From contig CAZYTA010000011.1 in NCBI GenBank assembly GCA_964650465.1, positions 562 through 64,561 of the forward strand: 64,000 bases of DNA. Direction: 5' to 3'. The DNA is from an uncultured Oscillospiraceae bacterium. Its GTDB lineage: Bacteria > Bacillota > Clostridia > Oscillospirales > SIG627. The notes below the pieces were generated by a model, which was not told where the DNA came from, searched no databases, and saw only the letters and a program-made list of their open reading frames with translations. Below are positions 38,435 to 47,478 of the stretch, piece by piece (position 1 is the stretch's first letter; every line of letters starts with the position of its first letter). Made by a program: the position numbers and the translations under genes.

Positions 38435-39286
38435 ATGAAAATAGGAGTATCAAGCTACAGCTTCAGCAAGCATATAACTGCAACTGGCTGTGACATTTTT
38501 GCCGTAATCGACAAGGCGTGTGAGATAGGCTTTCAGGGAATCGAGTTTCTTGATCTGAAGCACTACACCAACGATGAAGACAAGATAGCTTATGCCGAGA
38601 GAATAAAGGAATACTGTGCGGAGAAGGGCATTGAGATTCCCGCTTACACAGTTACCTCAAACCTTATTGCCGATAATGTTGAAGAGGTAGTTGAAGGATT
38701 GTTTTACAACATTGACATAGCGGAAGCACTCGGCGCTCCCCTTATGCGTCACGATGTGACCTTTGCGCTCCGTAAAGAACCGCTTTATACCTACAAGACC
38801 GCAATCAAGGATATGGTGCCTCACATAAGAAGGGTTGCCGATTATGCAAAATCAAAGGGTATCAAAACCTGTATGGAAAATCACGGCCGTGTTTTCCAGA
38901 ATCCCAGGATAGTAGAAGAGCTTATCATTGCGGTCAACCATGAAAACTTCGGTTGGCTTGTTGACATGGGCAACTTTGTGGGTGTTGATGTTGACCCCTC
39001 GGATGCATTTGCCATTGCCGCACCCTATGCCTTCCATGTACATGCAAAGGACATCCTTTGGAAGAAGGGTACAGAGATACAGCCTGAAGGATTTTCTGTC
39101 ACCAACGGCGGTAACTACAATACAGGCACGGTATTGGGCTACGGAATGGTTCCCATCCGGAGCTGTATAAATGCACTTAAGCGAGTTGGATATGACGGAT
39201 ATGTGTCTCTTGAATTCGAGGGCATGGAGGAATGTATCCCCGCAGTCAAGGCAGGCTACAGCTATCTCAAAAAGGTTATAGTATAA
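38435..39286 (+). CDS. Xylose-isomerase-like TIM-barrel protein 2
   Basis: GFQGIEFL, CMENHG, LVDMGNF, HVHAKD and VSLEFEG motifs. RBS aaggag. Confidence 0.85.
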   Translation: MKIGVSSYSFSKHITATGCDIFAVIDKACEIGFQGIEFLDLKHYTNDEDKIAYAERIKEYCAEKGIEIPAYTVTSNLIADNVEEVVEGLFYNIDIAEALGAPLMRHDVTFALRKEPLYTYKTAIKDMVPHIRRVADYAKSKGIKTCMENHGRVFQNPRIVEELIIAVNHENFGWLVDMGNFVGVDVDPSDAFAIAAPYAFHVHAKDILWKKGTEIQPEGFSVTNGGNYNTGTVLGYGMVPIRSCINALKRVGYDGYVSLEFEGMEECIPAVKAGYSYLKKVIV

Positions 39287-39480
39287 ATTTTGACAAGTCC
39301 CCTCATCTTATAGATCCCCCTAAAGAAAGCACCGTACACAAGCTGTCGCTTGGTACGGTGATTTCTTTATTATAGCCGAAGGGAGTCTAACCCTTGTCGG
39401 TTTCAGAGGGGAATTTTCGCCCCTGCCGTCGTTACATTCCCTTGTAAGCTGTAATGGTTATTTTATCAAAAATAAGTGAT

Positions 39481-40380
39481 TTAAAGTGTTCCGTCTACAA
39501 ATCTGCGGAGATATTTTCCAAAATAATATATGGTATCCTCAAGCATATTGCCGTACGGAGAAAGGGATATCTCGAAATTGTAAAAGCCCTTGTACTCAAT
39601 ATCGTCAAGTGCTTTCATAACCTCTCTCCAATTAAGTCCCGACTCACTTCCTGCCAAAAGCGGAGGAAGGTGCTGGTCAGAGTGACCGTTATTGTCATTG
39701 AGGTGAAGCAGTGTGATATCCTTTCCCAAATAATAGATAGCTTCTACGGTATCGGTAATACCGTATTTTGCGCAATGATGGGAATGACCCGTATCCATAC
39801 ACAGAGCCTTATTTTTGGTGTTAAGCATATGATATTGCTTCTTTAATTCATAAACATCTCCGAAGAACTCACACGCTCTCACGCCGTTGGGGCAGGTATC
39901 GCCAAAGGTTTCAAGTGCAACCGATGTACCGTACTCCTCGGCATAAGGGATAAGAGCATCAAAGAATTCCTTGTTCTTTGTGTGCATAAACTCGGGGGCT
40001 TGCTTTCCCCAATGCAACTGCATAATGCTATGAATAACACACGCAGGCGCACCCAAGGCAGCGGTTGCGAGAAGGTCGCGCCGAGACGACTGATGCACCC
40101 ATTCGTTATATTCATCGTTATCAGGGATGCAGACTTTACATCTTCCGTGAGTCTGTCCTATAGCGATTCCCAGCTCATCGGCACGCTTTTTGATATCCTT
40201 GAAGTATTCAACTATCTCCTCGTCACTTTTTTTGTATATCAAATCTTTTTCAAGTCCGAAGGATTCAAGGTTAAAATCAACTGCGTCAAATCCCGCCCTT
40301 GCGCAAATCTCCAAAGCTTCTTTTATTCCGCGGCGGTTTTGAAGAACACCAAAGCTGATGCTTATTTTTTTCTCTGACAT
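39481..40380 (-). CDS. Xylose-isomerase-like TIM-barrel protein 3
   Basis: GFDAVDFN, ALETFGD, CMDTGH, LHLNDN and FNFEISL motifs. RBS aggag. Confidence 0.85.
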   Translation of the reverse strand: MSEKKISISFGVLQNRRGIKEALEICARAGFDAVDFNLESFGLEKDLIYKKSDEEIVEYFKDIKKRADELGIAIGQTHGRCKVCIPDNDEYNEWVHQSSRRDLLATAALGAPACVIHSIMQLHWGKQAPEFMHTKNKEFFDALIPYAEEYGTSVALETFGDTCPNGVRACEFFGDVYELKKQYHMLNTKNKALCMDTGHSHHCAKYGITDTVEAIYYLGKDITLLHLNDNNGHSDQHLPPLLAGSESGLNWREVMKALDDIEYKGFYNFEISLSPYGNMLEDTIYYFGKYLRRFVDGTL

Positions 40381-40417
40381 AAAATATTCTCCTGCATACA
40401 GAGTTGATGCTGTTGTT

Positions 40418-41494
40418 TTATATCAGCTTATTTATCTTTGCCTCTACTGCCTTTGCCTCGGCATCTGTGATGAAGCCTACTTCCATGTAGAATTCAAGAG
40501 ATTCAAAGCCGTCAAGATACTTGATATAGCCCTTCTTCTTTGAATACTCATAGCCGAGATGCTCTGAGGTTGCGGGAAGAATCATGCCCATAGCGTCCTC
40601 TGTGGGAGTCCTTGAAATCCAACGTACAGGGTGGGGAAGTGCGTCAACAGGGTGGCTCACATAGCAAGCACCCTCGCCTTTAATATACTGCATTGTGTGA
40701 CCTCTGCCGTCCTCATCGGGAACATAGGTCATCTTAAAGCAAATCTCGGGAATATAGCACTCATCGTCATTTCCGACATTATCCATTACAGAAAGGTCGC
40801 CCTCAAGCTTCTCCATATATCCGGAAAGCTTCTTCTGAGCCTCCTCCGGAAGCGTATCGGGAACTATCTTGTGAATCATAATGTGGTCAAGGTCACGGGG
40901 TACGCTGTAAACAAGTCTTGCACCATTGAAGGGCTTGAAGTTGATATGGCAGAGGTACATATATTCCATAGGCTCTGCTCTCTTATTTTCAAGCTTAACA
41001 TTAATCTTAACCTTGTTTGCGCCTGCATAGAGACGGCACTCAGGTGAAAAGTCGTACTTCTTTACAAATGCAACATCGTAAGCATATGTGCCGCCAACTG
41101 CAAAGTAAGTACCGTTTTCATCACTTCCTGTTTCAAGGTAAGCATATCTGTACTCAACATTGGGTATTTCACCGTGCTGAGGATGCTCTGCATCGGGAGC
41201 TCCGAAGGAGTTAATACCGCAGTGATAGAGGAAGCCTCCGTAGGTCATAAGATACTTGACACCGGGAACTGGCTCTTTAACAGTTGTCTGCATTTTGAGG
41301 TCCTTGCCTCCGAAGTTGAAGTCCCAGAGCTGCTGTCCCATAAATGGAAGAATTACAAAGTAGCCCTGTTCGTTTTCTATTTTGAGCGCCTCAACACCTG
41401 TGGAGAAACGGAAAGCAGTAGCCTTGAGGACACCGTCCTCGGCAATTACAGTTTCTTTGTCGGTGAAGAAGTACTTTTGAAGATTAATTTTCAT
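40418..41494 (-). CDS. Galactose-mutarotase-like (aldose-1-epimerase superfamily, DUF4432-like) protein
   Basis: 358-aa ORF that looks all-beta from composition. HGE (AEHPQHGEIPN) and later conserved His/Asp resemble mutarotase-fold proteins. The family assignment is from memory and weak. Confidence 0.45.
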   Translation of the reverse strand: MKINLQKYFFTDKETVIAEDGVLKATAFRFSTGVEALKIENEQGYFVILPFMGQQLWDFNFGGKDLKMQTTVKEPVPGVKYLMTYGGFLYHCGINSFGAPDAEHPQHGEIPNVEYRYAYLETGSDENGTYFAVGGTYAYDVAFVKKYDFSPECRLYAGANKVKINVKLENKRAEPMEYMYLCHINFKPFNGARLVYSVPRDLDHIMIHKIVPDTLPEEAQKKLSGYMEKLEGDLSVMDNVGNDDECYIPEICFKMTYVPDEDGRGHTMQYIKGEGACYVSHPVDALPHPVRWISRTPTEDAMGMILPATSEHLGYEYSKKKGYIKYLDGFESLEFYMEVGFITDAEAKAVEAKINKLI

Positions 41495-41559
41495 AATATT
41501 CTCCTTTTTTGGAAAAAGACGGCAACAAGTGCCGTCTTTTAACGTCGATTAAGCGATTA

Positions 41560-42744
41560 TTAGAAATCAAGCTCAATAAGACCCTTTTCAAGAATGTTGG
41601 TCATTGACTTGCAGCCGTCCTTAGTGATAACAACACCCTTCTCCCATCTTGTACCGAAGGTAGGAGCTGAAATGAAGGTATCAACCTGGAATGTCATGTT
41701 TTCTTCAAGAATCCAGTCGGATGAGGTCTCCATCCAAGGAGCTTCAACCTCGATCATACCTGTACCGTGGCAGGGACCGTAAACATAGTTCTTCTCAAAG
41801 CCTCTGTCCTTGAACATCTGAAGGAACTCAAGGGGAACCTTGTTTGAAGGAATGCCTGCCTTGAGGTTCTGGCATGTCCAGTTGTGCATCTCGTAGCAGA
41901 AGTCTATGTACTTTCTTCTCTCTGCATCAAGCTTGCCCATGATAACGGGAAGACCTGTAGCGGGAGAATAACCGTCGATCTTAGCTGAAAGGTTAAGCTG
42001 AACAACGTCACCCTTCTCGATTACTCTGTAGCTGGGACGGGAGATAGCATGGCTGGTTGACTTTTCGCTGAATACGTACATGGGAAGACCCTCGTACTCT
42101 GCGCCGTTTTCATAAATAACTCTCTGAGCAACACCAACCATAGCAAGCTCTGTTACACCGGGACGAAGATTCTTGATAACTTCTTCTGTAGCAAGGTCAA
42201 CGATTCTGAAGCCTTCCTGAATACAAGCAAGCTCGTTTTCGCTCTTGATCTTTCTGAGCTCAACCATGATATCGTTGCAAACAGAAATTTCAGCCTTGGG
42301 GAAGTTGTCACGAAGACCGTCGAGGATGGGAAGTGTGCACTCAACATAGCTTCCGAGACCGATCTTGATGTTCTCGCCTGTTACACCGATAGCCTTGAAT
42401 GCTTCGGGGAATGTGTTGGGAACAAGCTCGGGGTAGGAGGGGTCAGCTGACTCACGGAATTCCTTGAGAACGAAGATCTTTTCAATCTTGCTGGAGTTAG
42501 CTGCAACGTCTCTTGCGAAGATGGGAGACTCGGGACCAACGAGAAGACAAGCATCACCGCTTGCTGAAATAGCTACACCTGCTCTCTCGAAAAGGGGCCA
42601 GAAGCCGCTGAAGTATCTTGCGTTAGCGTAGTCAGACTCTGTGCTGACAACGAGCATAACGTCAAGTCCTCTGTCTCTTACCATTTTTGCCGCTTTGGCA
42701 ATTCTTTCTTTGTACTCATAATCGGGGATACAAATTCTTGACAT
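41560..42744 (-). CDS. M24-fold (creatinase/prolidase-like) hydrolase, metal ligands partly substituted
   Basis: Creatinase_N-like N-domain plus a pita-bread C-domain (KGDVVQLNLSAKIDGYSPATG; CHGTGMIEVEAP; MTFQVDTF; RWEKGVVIT). Strong RBS aaaggag. Confidence 0.75.
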   Translation of the reverse strand: MSRICIPDYEYKERIAKAAKMVRDRGLDVMLVVSTESDYANARYFSGFWPLFERAGVAISASGDACLLVGPESPIFARDVAANSSKIEKIFVLKEFRESADPSYPELVPNTFPEAFKAIGVTGENIKIGLGSYVECTLPILDGLRDNFPKAEISVCNDIMVELRKIKSENELACIQEGFRIVDLATEEVIKNLRPGVTELAMVGVAQRVIYENGAEYEGLPMYVFSEKSTSHAISRPSYRVIEKGDVVQLNLSAKIDGYSPATGLPVIMGKLDAERRKYIDFCYEMHNWTCQNLKAGIPSNKVPLEFLQMFKDRGFEKNYVYGPCHGTGMIEVEAPWMETSSDWILEENMTFQVDTFISAPTFGTRWEKGVVITKDGCKSMTNILEKGLIELDF

Positions 42745-42933
42745 AATTAAATCTCCTTTTTTTATTTTTTGTTGAAACGCACCAAAATGCGTTTTTACTC
42801 ATACATATTAATTATACATAATACATCTATATTTGTATTTAGAATATTTTAAGTTATTTTTGCACAATATTAAATACTTTTAATATTGCATAAACAAATA
42901 AAGTATGTTATAATACCGCTGAGGTGAGTTCGT

Positions 42934-43806
42934 TTGGAATATAAGCTTAAACGATTTGAAAGGGTTATTGAGATTAACAGGATAGCCAATATACATTATT
43001 TTGAATTTACAAGAGAATTCCATACAATGAAGGACCGACACGAGTTTCGTGAGCTTATTTATGTGGACAGCGGATATATTGAGGTAGAGGCTGAGGACTA
43101 TGTAGGAATAGTAAATGAGGGCGAATTGATAGTGCACAGGGAAAATGAAACTCATTCCATTTCGTGTCCTCTTGATGATGCTCCCAATGTTATCATTATA
43201 GGGTTTGAATGTCACAGCAGAGAGCTTGATGTTTTTGCAAAGCAGCCTACATTGCTTACAGCGGAATTGCAGAGACTTTTGACCGATATTATAAAAGAGG
43301 GACGAAATGTGTTTTTGCCGCCTTATGATGTGCCAAACCTCCGTGACATGAAAAAGAGGTTGGACTATCCCTTCGGTGCAGACCAATTGATACAGATAAA
43401 GCTTGAGGCTTTCTTTATTGAGCTTGTGAGAAGCCGTGAGACCGGTGCCAGTGTCAGTGATGTATCCTCGGGCGATGTAAAAATGCAGGAGGTACTTCGT
43501 TATATTGAGGAAAACTTCAGAGAGAGAATAAGCCTGGACGAGCTGTGTTTCCTCTACGGCACAAACAAAACCTCACTGTGCAACGGCTTTAAGGACACCT
43601 ACGGCTCAACCATTATAAATTACATAAACGTACTGAAAATAAAAGAAGCCAAAAGACTTCTCCGAGAAGGGAAATACAACCTTACGCAAATATCCTCAAT
43701 GGTGGGCTTTTCGTCAATCCACTATTTTTCAAGGATATTCAAGCAATACGAAAATCAGTCACCGTCTGCGTATATCAAGTCAATTAAATCGAAGCTGATG
43801 ATGTAA
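42934..43806 (+). CDS. AraC-family transcriptional regulator
   Basis: Cupin-like N-terminus and a C-terminal HTH pair (QISSMVGFSSIHYFSRIFKQYENQSPSAY). TTG start after gaggtga. Confidence 0.8.
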   Translation: MEYKLKRFERVIEINRIANIHYFEFTREFHTMKDRHEFRELIYVDSGYIEVEAEDYVGIVNEGELIVHRENETHSISCPLDDAPNVIIIGFECHSRELDVFAKQPTLLTAELQRLLTDIIKEGRNVFLPPYDVPNLRDMKKRLDYPFGADQLIQIKLEAFFIELVRSRETGASVSDVSSGDVKMQEVLRYIEENFRERISLDELCFLYGTNKTSLCNGFKDTYGSTIINYINVLKIKEAKRLLREGKYNLTQISSMVGFSSIHYFSRIFKQYENQSPSAYIKSIKSKLMM

Positions 43807-43949
43807 GTTGTTTTATATGAAATGGGGTATTTTATCAAATAGGTAAATAAACACAGCAAATTTTTGCAAAAAAATTATTGTAATATAAATTTGTTTGTGA
43901 TATAATTAACATAGATTTAACATGTACACTTACGAAAGGAATCTGAACA

Positions 43950-45098
43950 GTGAATCATTTTGACATAAAAACGCACATATATTTTGGTGAGAAATCTCTT
44001 GACCGTATCTCTGAGCTTCCATATAAGAACGCACTTATCATTTCCGACCCTTACGTTGTAAAAAGCGGTATGATACATCTCATAACCTCACGTTTGCAGG
44101 AAGCTAAGATAGAATGGCAGGTTTTTGATGATGTAATTCCTGACCCGCCCATAGAAAAGATTTCTGCAGGCGTTGAAGCTGTTCTTTCTGCTAAGGCAGA
44201 TGTTTTGATTGCGATTGGCGGAGGCTCTGCAATCGATTCCGCAAAAGCGATCCGTGAAGTTGCATCACAGGCTGATACTTCCTATTCCCGTCCTGCTCTT
44301 ATTGCAATTCCCACAACAAGCGGTACCGGCAGTGAAGTTACATCCTTCTCCGTTATCAGTGACACAGCAAATCACAGAAAGATTCCTCTTGCAGATGATT
44401 CTCTGCTTCCCGATGAGGCGATACTTGATGCAGAGCTTGTTAAAAGTGTGCCGCCGGCAATCACAGCGGACACTGGTATGGACGTATTCACACATGCACT
44501 GGAGTCATATGTAAGCACCAATAACAACGAATTTTCCGCAGCGCTTGCAGAAAAGGCAATAGAAATCACGGGCTCGTTTTTGCTTCGTTCGTTCCTTGAC
44601 AATAACGACACGCATGCCCGACAGAAAATGCATATTGCATCGTGTCTGGCAGGTCTTGCTTTCAATACTGCATCTCTCGGTATCAATCACAGTATGGCGC
44701 ATCAGCTCGGAGCGGCATTCCATATTCCCCACGGCAGAGCAAATGCAATGCTTCTTCCGCACATTATTGAATATAACAGTGATATTGACAAGTATTCCCG
44801 ACTTAAGACAGATTACCCCAAGCATGTTAGAAAATATGCTACCGTTGCGAGAACACTGGGACTCCAGAACTTTAACATTGTAACTACTGTAAGAGCACTT
44901 TCAAACTGGTGTCAGTTTATGATGAAAGAGATGGATATGCCCCTCTCAATTTCCGAAACAGGGGTATGTACAGAATCTGAGTATTTTGCTCAAATTCCTG
45001 CTATGGCTGAAGCTGCAATGGCAGACAAATGCACAGCTACAAATCCTAAGGTTCCCACTGTAAAAGACCTTGAAATGATATATGCACAGCTGTGGTGA
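43950..45098 (+). CDS. Iron-containing (group III) alcohol dehydrogenase
   Basis: GGGSAIDSAK, PTTSGTGSEVT and HSMAHQLGAAFHIPHGRANA motifs. GTG start. Confidence 0.9.
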   Translation: MNHFDIKTHIYFGEKSLDRISELPYKNALIISDPYVVKSGMIHLITSRLQEAKIEWQVFDDVIPDPPIEKISAGVEAVLSAKADVLIAIGGGSAIDSAKAIREVASQADTSYSRPALIAIPTTSGTGSEVTSFSVISDTANHRKIPLADDSLLPDEAILDAELVKSVPPAITADTGMDVFTHALESYVSTNNNEFSAALAEKAIEITGSFLLRSFLDNNDTHARQKMHIASCLAGLAFNTASLGINHSMAHQLGAAFHIPHGRANAMLLPHIIEYNSDIDKYSRLKTDYPKHVRKYATVARTLGLQNFNIVTTVRALSNWCQFMMKEMDMPLSISETGVCTESEYFAQIPAMAEAAMADKCTATNPKVPTVKDLEMIYAQLW

Positions 45099-45160
45099 TT
45101 TGTTAATACGTTTTGTTATAAAACTCAAATAATTCAATATTCCAACTCAAAAAATATTTT

Positions 45161-45184
45161 GCCCGACGTTGAAAAACGTCGGGC
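45161..45184 (+). terminator. Hairpin downstream of the alcohol dehydrogenase gene
   Basis: gcccgacgtt-gaaa-aacgtcgggc. There is no clean T-tract. The repeat array begins immediately after it. Confidence 0.5.
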
Positions 45185-45444
45185 TATGTTTATATAGGCG
45201 AGCATTGGCAGCGGAGGCTCTCCGCTTTTTTTATGTTATAGGGAATTGTATTAAATCAACCTCGCCGTTTTACCTTGTCTGGGGATATCTATAGGTTATG
45301 ATAGGCGAGCATTGGCAGCGGAGGCTCTCCGCTTTTTTTATGTTATAGGGAATTGTATTAAATCAACCTCGCCGTTTTACCTTGTCTGGGGATATCTATA
45401 GGTTATGATAGGCGAGCATTGGCGGCGGAGGCTCTCCGCTTTTA
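45185..45444 (+). repeat. Near-perfect tandem array (about 2.4 copies, 107-nt period) of the ATAGG/terminator repeat; type locus
   Basis: ataggcgagcattgg starts at 45194, 45301 and 45408. The two full units are identical by eye. The third terminator differs from them (ggcGgcgg, interrupted T-tract). The last T-tract overlaps the stop codon (45442-45444) of the convergent gene. Confidence 0.9.
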
Positions 45445-47466
45445 TTCTACGAAAAATATCTTATATCCGTATGACTTAATGTCAAAGGTAAAGTCAGCGG
45501 CTTCAAGTGTTTCTGCATTGGTGACAGTTGATACATCTTCATTCAGTTTCATGCTTACGTTTGCTATATCATTTGAGGAAATATTGACAACAAAAGCAAG
45601 AAGCTGAGCCTTACCTGTGATTGAGGTATACTTGTAATAACTTACTTTGACCTTATCGTTTGTTACCTCGGCGTTATTTTTCCAATATGGCAGCCACAGT
45701 GATTTTGTAACGGGGAAACTGTCAATTATTTTCCACACTCCGCTCATTAATTCCAAAGGATATTCTATGTCATTTGGTCTTGGCAGTATGCCGTGGAGAA
45801 TGGAGCATGAAAGAGCTTGCTCAAAGGTCCATAGCGGACGGTTTTCATAGGCTATAAATTCTACCGGTACACCCATGTTTCTGCCGCTGTATTCAGCGCG
45901 GAAATAGTCGATGTTAACATCTGCCGTAGTGCCTTGATTCAATTCAAACTGCAGGTTTTCACCCATCCATGACTGGTCAATGTAAGGAAGAACGGTAAAG
46001 TTGTTGTATCCAAAGCTGTGAACATTAATTTCTCCGCCTCTGGATTTAACAACTCTGTAGAGTCTTTCGAAAAGATTTCTTGTGGCTTTTACAGTATAGC
46101 CTCCGCAAAGGTTTCCGTCATAGTCATACCAACCGCAGCCGTGCAATGTATTTGTACAGCAATTAGGTCTTGAAGTACCGTCAAGATATACGCCGTCAAT
46201 ATTGTATTTGTCCATAAGCGCTTCAATACCGTTGATGAAAAGGTCTGCATATTCGCTGTTATAGCATACCCTGTAGTCTCTCTGGAAGGGGACTCTCCAC
46301 CATCCGCCGAAGTTTCCGAGATTTTCGTGAAGTAATACCTTGTCCTTCAAGTCGCTCCATATGGGTGACATAGTTGAAATTTCGTAACCGAAATACGGTA
46401 AAACCTTAATTCCTCTTTTGTGACATTCATCAACAATAAATGTTAGCTGTTCAGCAGTAAATTCCGAAAGCTCATACCAATTTTGTGACTTGTTCCATTT
46501 TTCATGAAGTATCAGTGTGTCAACACCTTTTTCGACAAGTCTGTCAAATCTGTTTTCAGAGGACATAAAGTCCTTATAATTGCCTTTTATCTTTATTCCG
46601 CAATCAAGATGCAATGCCTTGTGTATGTAAGGGTTATCAGGGAATTTCTTAACGGGAGTTGCCGCAAATCCAAATTGAAAATCAATGGGGTCGTAAAGAG
46701 CATTTCCCTTTGCCATATCTCCGTTCCACGGAATCGGATGTGAGTCGAGAAGGTGTATTCTCAATACAACCTTATCCTCTTCGTGTATTATCTCCATTGC
46801 CTTGTTTTTGTCATTGCACTGCCAGTGACGGTCCGATTCTGCAAACCAGCCAAGTCCCATTTCGTCATTTCCCAGCCACATAAGCGCCTTGAAGGGGAAT
46901 GAAGAATCAAGCTTGGGTATCATCCCGCTTGAGGTAGTTTCAGCTTCTTTTATTACGCTTCCGTCGGACAGAAAAATATCACTGTTTTTGAAAATGTGAT
47001 ACATCCTTGCAATCTCAGGCTTCAATGGGATTTCCAGCCATAGCTTGTCAAGCTTGTAGCGGAATTCCTTGGAGGTAGCAAGACCGAACAACTCCGCTAC
47101 TGTTTTTCCTCTTGTCATCAGCTTAAAATCAATGTCAATGTTTCCGTCATATCTCACGGTATTGCAAAAGTCAATCAGAAATCTGTCCGATTGCATGCAT
47201 CCGCATATAACAGCCTCTTCATCACTACGCCTTTGGATAAAGCTTTCGCTTTCGTTTTCGGGATAGCTGTAATCAAATTTTGCAGGCTGTCCATCCTCTG
47301 TCAGTACAAGTCTCATCGGTTCTGCCAAAAGCTCCTGACCGCAGGAAACGATTGACTTGATCATACCGTCTGCACCGAATGTATAGCTTCGGTTTGCAAC
47401 GGATATCTTGTGACAAAGGTTATCACTTTGAACTCTCACAGGCAAAAACGGATCTGTAATTCTCAT
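45442..47466 (-). CDS. Uncharacterised cytoplasmic protein, probable TIM-barrel glycoside-hydrolase-like (possibly GH123/DUF4091-like; not verified)
   Basis: 674-aa ORF with strong RBS aaaggag and no signal peptide. The central region (GVDTLILHEKWNKSQNWYE...CHKRGIKVLPYFGYE...IDGVYLDGT) looks like a beta/alpha barrel. Confidence 0.5.
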   Translation of the reverse strand: MRITDPFLPVRVQSDNLCHKISVANRSYTFGADGMIKSIVSCGQELLAEPMRLVLTEDGQPAKFDYSYPENESESFIQRRSDEEAVICGCMQSDRFLIDFCNTVRYDGNIDIDFKLMTRGKTVAELFGLATSKEFRYKLDKLWLEIPLKPEIARMYHIFKNSDIFLSDGSVIKEAETTSSGMIPKLDSSFPFKALMWLGNDEMGLGWFAESDRHWQCNDKNKAMEIIHEEDKVVLRIHLLDSHPIPWNGDMAKGNALYDPIDFQFGFAATPVKKFPDNPYIHKALHLDCGIKIKGNYKDFMSSENRFDRLVEKGVDTLILHEKWNKSQNWYELSEFTAEQLTFIVDECHKRGIKVLPYFGYEISTMSPIWSDLKDKVLLHENLGNFGGWWRVPFQRDYRVCYNSEYADLFINGIEALMDKYNIDGVYLDGTSRPNCCTNTLHGCGWYDYDGNLCGGYTVKATRNLFERLYRVVKSRGGEINVHSFGYNNFTVLPYIDQSWMGENLQFELNQGTTADVNIDYFRAEYSGRNMGVPVEFIAYENRPLWTFEQALSCSILHGILPRPNDIEYPLELMSGVWKIIDSFPVTKSLWLPYWKNNAEVTNDKVKVSYYKYTSITGKAQLLAFVVNISSNDIANVSMKLNEDVSTVTNAETLEAADFTFDIKSYGYKIFFVE

Positions 47467-47478
47467 GTTAGTTCTCCT

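Noticed and set aside
45185-45444. Tandem repeats considered as a CRISPR array
   Set aside because: The units are contiguous 107-nt repeats with no unique spacers. There are no cas genes in the window. Each unit contains a terminator hairpin, which is unlike CRISPR repeats.
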